Source: Deltaproteobacteria bacterium
GTDB lineage: Bacteria; Myxococcota_A; Polyangia; Polyangiales; Houyiibacteriaceae
Reading direction: 5' to 3'
Length of the DNA stretch: 64,000 bases
Assembly (NCBI GenBank): GCA_034670305.1
Contig: JAXMNT010000029.1
Location: 1-64,000, forward strand
The translations under genes and the position numbers were made by a program. Below are positions 16,344 through 25,370 of this stretch, piece after piece. Under the pieces are notes generated by a model that worked only from the letters and a program-made list of their open reading frames with translations, did no database searches and was not told where the DNA came from. Position 1 is the first letter of the stretch, and each line of letters begins with the position of its first letter.

Positions 16344-19300
16344 CTACCCAGCTGCGACCTTCACTTCTTGGTAGAAGCTGGCCGGCATAGCGTAGTTCAG
16401 GGTCCATTCGATTTGCATCGGCCGTGCGCCCTTGTGGGTTCGGTAGGTGCAGGGGCCGAGGAAGCGGTAGGGCATCGTTTCTCCTCGGGCGTCCTTCTTT
16501 CGTTCGCGTACGAAGAGCAGGACGTGTTGGCCGCTTCCCGTGGTGGCCTTCGTGTAACGGCGGCCGGTCTTGGTGCCGGCGTGGCAGGAGCTCTGGCTCT
16601 CCCAGTGGAAGCGCGTCCGGCTGATCGGGTAGTCGTTGTAGAGGGTGGTGGGGCTGTAGTCCTTCTCGCTCTTCTCCAGGGTGACGAACAAGAGATCCGC
16701 CTTGAGTCGCTCGACGTAGTAGACGCCGGTCTGGATCTTCTTCACGCCGCCCTTCTTGGTGCGTTCGTCGACCGCGGCCATGACCTCGAGCAGGCCGTAG
16801 GTGGCGTGGAGGCGAAGCGCCGGGATCGTCACGCCTTCGAGCGGCGCACTCACCAGGCGAGAGCGGTCGTCGAGCAGTGCGAGGAGTTGGCGGAGTTCGT
16901 CGAGCAGATGAGGCCTGGCCCAGAGGCCGTCCCAGTAGTTCTGCATCTCGGCGTAGGGGCCCATCTCGCCGAGCAACACGTAGAGCAGACGTTGCCAGTG
17001 GTCGCTGGGGTTCGCCTTCGGTGCCGAGGTCTTGCCGACCAGAGAGCGTAGGCCACGGAGGCGGTCGACATCGTCGATGTGGAGCAAGCGGGCGAACGCG
17101 CGCTCGAGCTTCTTGTCGGCGGCGGTTCGTTCGCGCGTCTCGAGACCGGCGGCCCGCCGCAACTGCGTCCACGTCCAGCCACCGCTGCTCGCGTAGATGT
17201 CTTCGAGTTCGGTGCCGGTCTCCGCAAGGAATGCAGCGAGCGACAGGCCCGGCGTCTCGCGGCCGAGGACCCGCAGGTCTTCGATGAGCCCTCGGTGTCC
17301 GCTGCCGAGGGCGTCCTGAATGTTCTTCAAGACGGCGTCCTGCGATGTGCGGTCGAGCGACATGAAGCAGCCGGTGGGGAGGGAGGGAAACCCTGCCTTC
17401 ACCTGCGCCTCGATGCTCCGGCGGGTGCCGCCAACGATGGCGCGGTACCGCACGTCGAAGCGGAACTTGCGGTGGGCACCCCCGATGAAGTCGAGCACGG
17501 TGCAGCAGGCTTTGCCCTCGGCGATGCGAAGACCGCGCCCGAGCTGCTGGAGAAAGACCGTCGCGCTCTCGGTCGGTCGCAAGAAGAGGAGGGTGTCGAC
17601 CCGCGGCACGTCTACGCCTTCGTTGAACAGGTCGACGCTGAACACGATCTGCACTTTGCCGGCGTCCAGATCCCGAAGGGCCGCGTCGCGGTCAGCGGAG
17701 TTCGTGCGGCTCGAGACCGCATGCGCGTGGATCCCGTGCTGGTTGAACTGCTCGGCCATGAACTCGGCGTGTGCGATGTCCACGCAGAAGCCGAGCGCCC
17801 GCATGGACTGAACGTCCCCAATCTTTCCTTGCAACTCTTGGAGCACCCGCTTCACGAAGAGGTGGTCGGCGGTGTAGACGTTGCTCAGTTCGGACGCGTC
17901 GTAGCGGCCGCGTGACCAGGTCACGCCGCTCACGTCGGGGCCCGCGAGACCGAAGTACTGAAATGGGCTCAAGAGCCCCTGATCGAGCGCCTTCCAGAGC
18001 CGGATCTCGCTCGCGATGCGTCCGTCGAAGTGGTGAAGGATCGACTTGCCGTCGGTCCGCTCGGGCGTCGCGGTGAGACCCAGGAGCACCTTGGGTTTCA
18101 GGTGTTCGAGCAGCCGGTCGTAGCTGTCCGCGGCCGCGTGGTGGAACTCGTCGACAATGACGACATCGAAGTGGTCGGGTGGGATGTTCGCGAGCCGGGC
18201 GGCCGGCAACGACTGGATGCTCGCGAACACTTCGTTCCATGTGTGCGGCACGTCGCCCTGGAAGAGCGCCTCGCCGAATCCTCCGTCGCGCAGGACGACC
18301 CGGAAGGTGTTCAGGCTCTGCTCCAGAATCTCGCGCCGATGCGCGACGAACAGGACGCGCGGGTGATTCTTGCGGAGCCGCTTGTAGTCGAGCGCCGCGA
18401 CGACGGTCTTGCCGGTGCCTGTGGCTGCGACCACCAGGTTTCGGCGGTGTCCGCGTGATCGCTCCGCCGCCAGGTCGTCCAGGATCTCGCTCTGGTGTGC
18501 CTTCGGCGCGATGTCGAAACGCAGCAGGCCAGCGCTCCGCTGTCGTTTGTGTTGGGTGACGGCTTGGTGGAACTCGTCGGCATCGAACGGACGAAACTCG
18601 GGGTCGGCCCAGTATTGCTCGAAGGTGGTGTGGAACTTCTCCAGGATGGCCTGGTTGTCGACCTGCGAGAGCCGCACGTTCCATTCGAGGCCGTCGAGCA
18701 TGGCAGCGCCACTCAAGTTGGAAGAGCCAACGTATCCGGTCGAGAATCCCGAGTCCCGATGGAAGAGCCAGGCTTTTGCGTGAAGACGCGTGCGCGCCGA
18801 GTCGTAGGACACCCGAACCTGCGCGCCCATGTCGGCCAGTTCCTTCAACGCCCGAAGTTCGGTGGCGCCGGTGTAGGTGGTCGTGAGAACCCGAACCGAT
18901 TCGGGATGGCGTTTAAGGTGCTTCTTGAGCTCCGCCTCCACGATGCGCAGCCCGCTGAACTTCAAGAAGGAGCAGAGCAGATCAATGCGGTTGGCGGACC
19001 CGATCTCGCGCCGGACCTCGGGCCCAATGGACAGATCGTGGCGTCCGTTGACCAGCAACTCGGACGTCGAAAGCGGAATGCGCGGGCGCTCGGGCGCACT
19101 GGGCAGGGCTGGAAGCGCGACGGGTTCCAGCACCGCCTTGAGAAGCTGGCCGGGCGAAGCGACTGCGTCCTGCTCGAGCACGACGCCCCTGGTCTTTCCG
19201 CGAACCAGCGCCAAGACGGCGTTGGCGAGTTCGATCTGAGCGTCGACTTCCGCGAGTGAGTCGAGCGCCGGGACCAGTCGATCAAAAAGAAGACGTGCAA

Positions 19301-19415
19301 TCGCGTGCGCGCTTCCATGTCGGTCGAGCGCGACGAGCTCCGCGAGCTCTTTCGCCAGAGAACGGCGCAGTGACTCGGTGATTGGTGTGTCGTAGAGACC
19401 GGGCTCGAGCGGCAT
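16344..19415 (-). CDS. PLD nuclease - SF2 helicase - DUF3427 protein (SauUSI-like type IV restriction enzyme architecture)
   Basis: HAK...GSSNLS PLD motif; ATGTGKT, DEFHH, LTATPER and QQLGRGLR helicase motifs; C-terminal FVTLEK...YNDY...FHWESQ...LFVR...FLG DUF3427 pattern. Confidence 0.85.
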   Translation of the reverse strand: MPLEPGLYDTPITESLRRSLAKELAELVALDRHGSAHAIARLLFDRLVPALDSLAEVDAQIELANAVLALVRGKTRGVVLEQDAVASPGQLLKAVLEPVALPALPSAPERPRIPLSTSELLVNGRHDLSIGPEVRREIGSANRIDLLCSFLKFSGLRIVEAELKKHLKRHPESVRVLTTTYTGATELRALKELADMGAQVRVSYDSARTRLHAKAWLFHRDSGFSTGYVGSSNLSGAAMLDGLEWNVRLSQVDNQAILEKFHTTFEQYWADPEFRPFDADEFHQAVTQHKRQRSAGLLRFDIAPKAHQSEILDDLAAERSRGHRRNLVVAATGTGKTVVAALDYKRLRKNHPRVLFVAHRREILEQSLNTFRVVLRDGGFGEALFQGDVPHTWNEVFASIQSLPAARLANIPPDHFDVVIVDEFHHAAADSYDRLLEHLKPKVLLGLTATPERTDGKSILHHFDGRIASEIRLWKALDQGLLSPFQYFGLAGPDVSGVTWSRGRYDASELSNVYTADHLFVKRVLQELQGKIGDVQSMRALGFCVDIAHAEFMAEQFNQHGIHAHAVSSRTNSADRDAALRDLDAGKVQIVFSVDLFNEGVDVPRVDTLLFLRPTESATVFLQQLGRGLRIAEGKACCTVLDFIGGAHRKFRFDVRYRAIVGGTRRSIEAQVKAGFPSLPTGCFMSLDRTSQDAVLKNIQDALGSGHRGLIEDLRVLGRETPGLSLAAFLAETGTELEDIYASSGGWTWTQLRRAAGLETRERTAADKKLERAFARLLHIDDVDRLRGLRSLVGKTSAPKANPSDHWQRLLYVLLGEMGPYAEMQNYWDGLWARPHLLDELRQLLALLDDRSRLVSAPLEGVTIPALRLHATYGLLEVMAAVDERTKKGGVKKIQTGVYYVERLKADLLFVTLEKSEKDYSPTTLYNDYPISRTRFHWESQSSCHAGTKTGRRYTKATTGSGQHVLLFVRERKKDARGETMPYRFLGPCTYRTHKGARPMQIEWTLNYAMPASFYQEVKVAAG

Positions 19416-19614
19416 GATGGACGAGACAACAGTCCTGTGTCGTTGGCAAGTCTCGAGCCAGAGTCCGGCCGCCCGTCAGCGGGTGAGGCAGACGATGTCT
19501 ACGCCGTCGGCTCTCTCCGTGGATTCGATGGGGCCGTAACCTCCGAACGCGCCACGCAGGGCGCGTCCAAGGTGCGGTCGCGCAGCCCTCCCGCTCGTGG
19601 GGAGACCGGACGTC

Positions 19615-20244
19615 TTAGAGGAAGGTCTGCTCGACCCGTGTCTGGACGCGCTGCATCAGGTCGCTGCGCGCCTGCGTGTACTGGGTGGAGGCTTCGGTGG
19701 CGGGGGCGTCGGGCGAGGAGGACAGTCCGCCGAAGCGACAGCGTTCCGGCGGCGCGTCGAGCAGGCACGTCGCGCCTTCGGTGGTGAGGTGGTCCCAGTC
19801 GTGCGGTCCGTGGCCCTGGAGCGGGAGATCCCGCCCGTTGCGCAGCGCGTCCGCGTGGGCGTTCAAGACATCGAAGATCGCCTGCGCGTCCTCAGCGGAG
19901 ATCGGTCGGGACTCCACGATTGGTTCGCCGATTTCGTAGTGGATCTCCGCGACCGGGCCGGCGTCGGTCAGGGCGATGGCGAAACGGGCCCGCATGCGCG
20001 GGGCATCGGGCTGCTGCGCGTGGTTGGGCGGCAGCGACGGCCGCGCGAGGTTCTGGGGCTGCGCCACGATGCGCGTGTAGCCGTACCCGTTCACTGCGAC
20101 GGGGGCGGCCGGTTCGGCCGGTGCGGCTTCGCCACCAGTGCCGGAGACGGCTGCTTCGGTCGGTTCGGCCGGGCTGGATGCGTCGGACGCGCCGCAGGCG
20201 AAGAGGGTGAGGAAGAGCGCGCAGGCGATTGGTTTCGTGTGCAT
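19615..20244 (-). CDS. Hypothetical lipoprotein
   Basis: MHTKPIACALFLTLFAC lipoprotein signal, Ala/Pro linker, globular C-terminus. Confidence 0.7.
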   Translation of the reverse strand: MHTKPIACALFLTLFACGASDASSPAEPTEAAVSGTGGEAAPAEPAAPVAVNGYGYTRIVAQPQNLARPSLPPNHAQQPDAPRMRARFAIALTDAGPVAEIHYEIGEPIVESRPISAEDAQAIFDVLNAHADALRNGRDLPLQGHGPHDWDHLTTEGATCLLDAPPERCRFGGLSSSPDAPATEASTQYTQARSDLMQRVQTRVEQTFL

Positions 20245-20305
20245 GACTACCAAGAGACCCACCGGGGAGAGAGGGCCTTGGGATCGGCGATCGAAGTCAC
20301 CGGCC

Positions 20306-20610
20306 GGGGTCGGCTTCGGGACCGGCTTCGGGTTCGGGTTCGGGATCGGCGTCGGGTTCGGCTTCGGCTTCGGGATCGGCTTCGGCTTCGGCTTCGGGGT
20401 CGGTTTCGGCTTCGGGATCGGCTTCGGCGGTCGGCTTCGGCTTCGGGGTCGGTTTCGGCGTCGGGGTCGGTTTCGGCGTCGGGGTCGGCTTCGGGATCGG
20501 TTTCGGGGTCGGCTTCGGCTTCGGGTTCGGCTTCGGGATCGGCTTCGGCTTCGGCTTCGGCTTCGGCGTGCTTCCGCTTCTCTTACGTCGGGCACGGGCA
20601 CGGGCACGGG
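20306..20610 (+). repeat. Composite array: about 260 bp of (GGCTTC/GGGATC/GGGGTC)n followed by (GGGCAC)3
   Basis: Tandem hexamers visible directly, between the lipoprotein start and the GRAS gene stop. Confidence 0.9.
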
Positions 20611-20615
20611 TCTTC

Positions 20616-21632
20616 TCAGTCGATGTGCCTGAACGCGAACACGCTCAGGAGATGCGCGCCTTCGGCCACGACGTTCACCGCGCCGGGCAGCAGCTCCACG
20701 TCGGTGTTGCCCACGTCGCCGAACGGTGCCGGCTTCAGTCCGCACTCGAGCAGCGCGCGGTACCAGAACTGCCAGGACTCGTGGCGTTCGAACCGCTTCG
20801 GCTGGTCTTGCATGATGTCCCCGACTTCGCGCGCGAAGAAGTCGAGCAGGTGTGACTTGGCCACCGCCTCGATCTCTGGCGTCGCATCGATGGCGCGCCG
20901 GACGGCGTGGAAGTGCGCGAAGGCGTGCACGAGTCGGGTGAGCAGATCCGCCGACCAGTGGTTGCTGTGCGGCTCGACCAGCGTGCACACCGCCGGCTGC
21001 AGCGCCGCCGCCAAAGCGAGCACGCGGCGTTTGCCGACGAGATCCAGGTGGTGGAGTGCGAAGGCGGCGTTGAGGCAGACCGGGCCGCCGTGCGCGAGGT
21101 CGCGCAGGCCCGCTACGTCGAGTTGTTCCATGGGCCGCGCGATGCCGACGAAAGGCACGCGCCCGCCGAACCGGCGCGCGGCGGCCTCCACGTTCGCGAC
21201 GTCGAGGTCGACACCGACCACGCGCGCGATGCGTCCCTCGCACGCGCCGACGATCGCCTGGGTGAGCGAGCCGCTGCCCATACCGAGATCGATCAACGTC
21301 GTGCCAGGCGGCGCCGCGTGCGCATGGGCTTGCTGCACCAGCCCGCGGGCAGCGCGAAAGAACCCAAGCCGGTCGAGCTGTTCGAAGAGATCGATCTGTC
21401 GCGCACCGTCGGGTGCCGCGTCCCCGTCGTAGAGGTTGCCGCCCGCCGCGGCGGGTCCGAGGTTCGCGCGGAGCGACCGTGCGAAGACCTGCACGAGGGG
21501 GTCGTCGGAGTCTTCGAGCCGGGACCAGTGCGCTTCGGCGCCGGTCCGGTCGCCCGCGTCGTAGGCCTGCACGCCGGAGACCAGGTCGCAGAACTCGGCC
21601 GCGAGGGTCGCCGGCAAGGCATCGGTTGTCAT
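20616..21632 (-). CDS. Bacterial GRAS-family (Rossmann methyltransferase-fold) protein
   Basis: [34 protein letters not shown]...RLVHAFAHF and FFAREV.DI....RFERHE....W...L..CG match GRAS VHIID/PFYRE/SAW-region patterns. Confidence 0.7.
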   Translation of the reverse strand: MTTDALPATLAAEFCDLVSGVQAYDAGDRTGAEAHWSRLEDSDDPLVQVFARSLRANLGPAAAGGNLYDGDAAPDGARQIDLFEQLDRLGFFRAARGLVQQAHAHAAPPGTTLIDLGMGSGSLTQAIVGACEGRIARVVGVDLDVANVEAAARRFGGRVPFVGIARPMEQLDVAGLRDLAHGGPVCLNAAFALHHLDLVGKRRVLALAAALQPAVCTLVEPHSNHWSADLLTRLVHAFAHFHAVRRAIDATPEIEAVAKSHLLDFFAREVGDIMQDQPKRFERHESWQFWYRALLECGLKPAPFGDVGNTDVELLPGAVNVVAEGAHLLSVFAFRHID

Positions 21633-21772
21633 GCCCTCGATGGAGCAAGTTGTATGCCCCGTGTTTGCCGGGGGTTTCGGCGCGGCGGTGCGGTGCGGCG
21701 TGCACGCGAAGTGCATGGCCGCGACCGTGGTGTGCAGCGGCCGGGGGGGAGCCGGAGCAGAGGGGAACCCTG

Positions 21773-21830
21773 AGGGCAAGGGCACGGGCAAGGGCAGGGG
21801 CAAGGGGCAGGTCGCTCCGCTCCCTGCTCA
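21773..21830 (+). repeat. (GGGCAA/GGGCAC/GGGCAG)n array followed by GCAGG...CCTGC
   Basis: agggcaagggcacgggcaagggcaggggcaaggggcaggtcgctccgctccctgctca, abutting the AKR stop codon. Confidence 0.85.
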
Positions 21831-22649
21831 GAACGTGATGTTGTACGGGTCCGCGAAGCGTTCGCCGGTTTCTAGGGCGTCGATGCGGGCGATGTCGGCT
21901 TCCGGGATCTCGAAGTCGAAGACGTCGGCGTTCTCTTGGATGCGGTTCTGGTTCGTCGACTTCGGGATCGTCACGAAGCCCTTCTGCACCGCCCAGCGCA
22001 GCACGACCTGCGCGGCGGACTTGCCGACGCTCTGGCCGATCTCTTCGAAGAGCGGCTGCTCTTTGAACTTGCCCTGGATGAGTGGGCTCCATCCCTCCAC
22101 GACGATGCCCTTGGCTTGGCAGAACTCGACCACGTCGCGCTGCTGCAAGTAGGGATGCAGCTCGACCTGGTTCACCGTCGGTGTGCCGCCGTGGGCGATC
22201 AGTTCCTCGAGGTGCACGGGCATGAAGTTGCTCACGCCGATGGAGCGGCACAGCCCTTCGTCGCGCATCTTCTCGAACTCGTCCCACGCGGCGAGGCGGC
22301 CTTCGACCGGCCAGTGCAAGAGGTAGAGATCCACGTAATCGAGGCCGAGCCGCTCGAGGCTCTTCTCGAGTCCTTGCCGCGCGTTGCCTTCGCGGATGTC
22401 CTTCGTCCACAGCTTGGTGGTCAGCCAGATCTCTTCGCGCGGCACACCCGACTCGCGGATGGCGCGGCCGACGCCTTCTTCGTTCTTGTAGATGGCGGCG
22501 GTGTCGATGTGGCGGTAGCCGGCTTCGAGCGCCCAGCGGACAGCATCGACTTCGTCGCCACCGCGCGACTGCCAGACGCCGAGCCCGTAGATGGGGAACT
22601 TGCGGCCGTCGAGGAGGGTCTGCGTGGAGCGGAGCGTGAGGTCGGTCAT
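21828..22649 (-). CDS. Aldo/keto reductase
   Basis: GYRHIDTAAIYKNE, TTKLW, DYVDLYLLHWP, SIGVSNF, NQVELHP and IPKS motifs. Confidence 0.95.
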   Translation of the reverse strand: MTDLTLRSTQTLLDGRKFPIYGLGVWQSRGGDEVDAVRWALEAGYRHIDTAAIYKNEEGVGRAIRESGVPREEIWLTTKLWTKDIREGNARQGLEKSLERLGLDYVDLYLLHWPVEGRLAAWDEFEKMRDEGLCRSIGVSNFMPVHLEELIAHGGTPTVNQVELHPYLQQRDVVEFCQAKGIVVEGWSPLIQGKFKEQPLFEEIGQSVGKSAAQVVLRWAVQKGFVTIPKSTNQNRIQENADVFDFEIPEADIARIDALETGERFADPYNITF

Positions 22650-22734
22650 GGCCAGCGTCTAGCAGGTGCCTCGGACTTTTGCAGCACCCGTGGTTGCCCT
22701 GCGCGCATCCGCTCGTGCTTGATAGATTCTCCGC

Positions 22735-23523
22735 GTGGAACCCGACCCGAAGTCGACGCGCGAACTGGTGGCGCGCATGCAGGTGCTCGACACGCCGGAC
22801 TCGGAGTACGTGAAGAAGCCGTGCACGGTGATTCCGCGCGGGCGCGACATCGAGACGGAGCCCTGTCTCTCGTGGGCGGCGCGGCTCGCGGAGCGACGTC
22901 CCGAGCTCCGGCCGGCGGTCGGCATCGGTCTGCAGCACGTCGCGCGCGGGACCCACCGCTGGAGCCAGGTCGCGGTGGTCGACCTCGCGTCCGCGTACCG
23001 GTTCGGGGAGCTCTTCGTGCCGTGGCTCGCGCCGCTTCGATCGAAGCTGCGCGCGGTTCGGTCGACGGACCAGAGTCCGCGGGGGTTCGGTCGCACGTTC
23101 GGCGAGGTGATGTCCAAACTCGTGCCGCTCGCGGCACACCGGGCCACCCAGGTGATTCTGGCGGGCACCGGCGGGCAACTCTTCGGCCCGATCCTTCCGC
23201 TCGAGAACGTCGCGCATCTTCGTGCGGTGGTCCGCGCCTCCGTGCCGCGCTCGGACCTCGCGTGGCTCGACCGGCCGCTCCTGTGTCAGCCGTGGGTGGC
23301 GGACGCGGCGGCCACAGTGCTCGAGGAAGAAGTGCAGGAGGACGCCCATCTGCGCACGGTGCTCTACTGGCTCGCCCACGCGCCGGACGCCGCCCGCTTT
23401 CTGCCGTTGCTCGAGACCTGGGCGCCGCGGTTCGCGGAAGGGAACGACCAACGCGTGTTCGAACAGGCGCTCACGCGGGCCCGCGCAGCGGCCGGCGCGG
23501 CCTTTGAGTTCGACCTGGACTGA
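22735..23523 (+). CDS. Hypothetical protein
   Basis: 262-aa ORF filling the gap between the AKR and LRR genes; no recognised motif. Confidence 0.6.
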   Translation: MEPDPKSTRELVARMQVLDTPDSEYVKKPCTVIPRGRDIETEPCLSWAARLAERRPELRPAVGIGLQHVARGTHRWSQVAVVDLASAYRFGELFVPWLAPLRSKLRAVRSTDQSPRGFGRTFGEVMSKLVPLAAHRATQVILAGTGGQLFGPILPLENVAHLRAVVRASVPRSDLAWLDRPLLCQPWVADAAATVLEEEVQEDAHLRTVLYWLAHAPDAARFLPLLETWAPRFAEGNDQRVFEQALTRARAAAGAAFEFDLD

Positions 23524-23575
23524 CCGCCCACCGACTCGGTGGAAGGAACGCGACCCGCGCGCGTAGGATGCGGCC

Positions 23576-25030
23576 ATGGACCAAGCCCTTCTCAAAGCGC
23601 CACCTTCCCAACACGCGTGGAAACAGATCTGCGACGCGCTCGATGCGCTCGAAGGCCGGGAACTGGAGAAAGCGATCGCGGATGTGAACGCCGCGCTCGT
23701 CGATTGGCCGGACAGTCAGCGCTATGGGAACCAGTGGGCGCGCAGTCTGGCGGCGAACGGCGCGGAGCCGAGACTTCGGGTCGCGCGGAGCCTCAACCTG
23801 ACCGGCTGTCGCGGCAGCAAGACGGTGATCGATTCGGTCGCGGGCTCGGCCGACATCGCGGGCCTCAAGACGCTCATCTTCTCGCTCGTCCCGATCTCGC
23901 CGAAGAAGATGAAGATCCTCGCCGCGTCCCCGCACCTGGCCGACATCGAGACGATGCGCTTCTCCATGTGTTTCATGAAGGACACCGGGTTCAGTCACTT
24001 CTCCAAGTCGACCACGATCCAATCTCTGCGCCGGCTGGAAGTCGGCAACAACGATCTCGGAGAGCGCGGCGGGAAGATCGTGGCCACCGCGAAGACCGAG
24101 GTGTTCTCGAAGCTCGAGTCGCTCTCCTACGCGAACAACAAGATCGGCACCGCCGGTTGCGTGCACTTGGCGAAGGCGAAGCTGCCGACGCTGCGCAGTC
24201 TGGATCTCTCCCGCAACGAGGTCGGAAGCGAAGGGCTTGCCGCGCTCGGCGCATCGAAGACGTTGACCGGCTTGTGTGAGCTGACGTTGTCCGACTTCGA
24301 TCAGACGCCAGCGATGCTCGACGGGCTCGCCGGCACGCCGCTTCTGTCTCGGCTCGAGGCGCTGCGCTGGACCGGGGACTCGGAGGACGGCGGCGCCATG
24401 TTGCCGCGTTTGTTCGCGCTCGAGGGGTTCCAGGGTCTGCGGGTGCTCGAGGTGACGTATCAGGGCCTGGTCGACGACGACTTGCTGGCGCTGGCGTCCC
24501 TGGAGAACAGCACGCTCGAGACCCTGAAGATTGAGAACGCGAAGTTCACGAAGAAGGGGATCGAAGCGCTCGCGAAGTCTGCTGCGCTCGCGAACCTCAC
24601 GGTGCTCGAACTCTCGAGCTGCGGACTCGACGACGCGGCGGCCACCACGCTGCTTCGCTCTCCGCATCTGAAGAACCTTCGCCGCCTTGGACTGTCGGGT
24701 GACGCGGTCGGCGATGCGGTCGTGGACGCCGTGCTGAACGCGCCCTACGCGAAGTCGCTCAAGCGGCTCTCGTTGTACGAGACCTCGGTGGGCGACGCGG
24801 GGGCACAGGCGATCGCGAAGTCGAAGTCGCTCTCGACGCTGGACTACCTCGAGCTCTCCCAGACCAAGATCGGTGACAACGGCGCGACTGCGATCGCTGG
24901 GGCGGACGGCCTCCCGAAGCTCACGTACCTGGGCCTGCCGACCGACGCACTCGGAGCCGCTGCCAAGAAGGCGCTCCGGCATTCGAAGCACTTGAGCCCG
25001 TCTGCCAAGAGCGGCCTGCGGCTCGACTGA
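23576..25030 (+). CDS. Leucine-rich repeat protein (RI-like)
   Basis: Repeated LxxLxLxxNxIGxxG units, e.g. LRSLDLSRNEVGSEG and LDYLELSQTKIGDNG. Confidence 0.9.
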   Translation: MDQALLKAPPSQHAWKQICDALDALEGRELEKAIADVNAALVDWPDSQRYGNQWARSLAANGAEPRLRVARSLNLTGCRGSKTVIDSVAGSADIAGLKTLIFSLVPISPKKMKILAASPHLADIETMRFSMCFMKDTGFSHFSKSTTIQSLRRLEVGNNDLGERGGKIVATAKTEVFSKLESLSYANNKIGTAGCVHLAKAKLPTLRSLDLSRNEVGSEGLAALGASKTLTGLCELTLSDFDQTPAMLDGLAGTPLLSRLEALRWTGDSEDGGAMLPRLFALEGFQGLRVLEVTYQGLVDDDLLALASLENSTLETLKIENAKFTKKGIEALAKSAALANLTVLELSSCGLDDAAATTLLRSPHLKNLRRLGLSGDAVGDAVVDAVLNAPYAKSLKRLSLYETSVGDAGAQAIAKSKSLSTLDYLELSQTKIGDNGATAIAGADGLPKLTYLGLPTDALGAAAKKALRHSKHLSPSAKSGLRLD

Positions 25031-25082
25031 GACCGCGAGCCTGCGCCGCGGAACGGTCGAGCTTCTGGATCGGGCACGGGCA

Positions 25083-25370
25083 CGCAGCCTGCCCCTTGCC
25101 CCTGCCCTTGCCTTTGCCCTTGCCCGCGGATCAGCGGTCAGATCGCTTGATCAGCGCGACGAGCATCGCGACGACCTGCTCGAGGTGGGCGAGCCCGTTC
25201 CGGCTGCGGAGCTGCGCCGCGTAGCACCGATGCCCGGCGGCTTCGTCCGCTGGGCATCGGGCTCCGATTCGCGGCCTCGCCGTCGCGGAACACACGGCGT
25301 CCACGACGCGGGCAAGGGCACGGGCAAGGGCAACGGCAAGGGAGCAGGTCGCCTTTCAGCGACCTGCTAG
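25083..25370. repeat. Composite element: outward-facing inverted hexamer arrays around a core with a gene remnant, ending in a GCAGGTCGC...GCGACCTGCTAG hairpin
   Basis: 25083-25171 is the exact reverse complement of 1-89; both arrays begin cgcgggcaagggca when read outward. Confidence 0.8.
25131..25199 (-). pseudogene. Remnant 3' end of a four-helix-bundle-like gene
   Basis: NGLAHLEQVVAMLVALIKRSDR*; only about 110 bp lie between it and the upstream array, too little for a full-length gene. Confidence 0.45.

Noticed and set aside
20306-20567. Possible CRISPR array or repetitive small protein
   Set aside because: Pure hexamer tandem with no unique spacers and no cas genes; translations are low-complexity in every frame.
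19615-23595. 1326-aa minus-strand ORF, and similar long Arg/Pro-rich or antisense ORFs such as 1502-4549, 30001-34134 and 60017-62512
   Set aside because: Off-frame or antisense shadows of real genes in high-GC DNA; only 19615-20244 of this ORF looks coding.
25131-25199. Diversity-generating retroelement (bAvd-like tail plus FGE/CLec-fold genes at 40927 and 57597)
   Set aside because: No reverse transcriptase and no template/variable repeat pair with adenine-specific mismatches found in the window.
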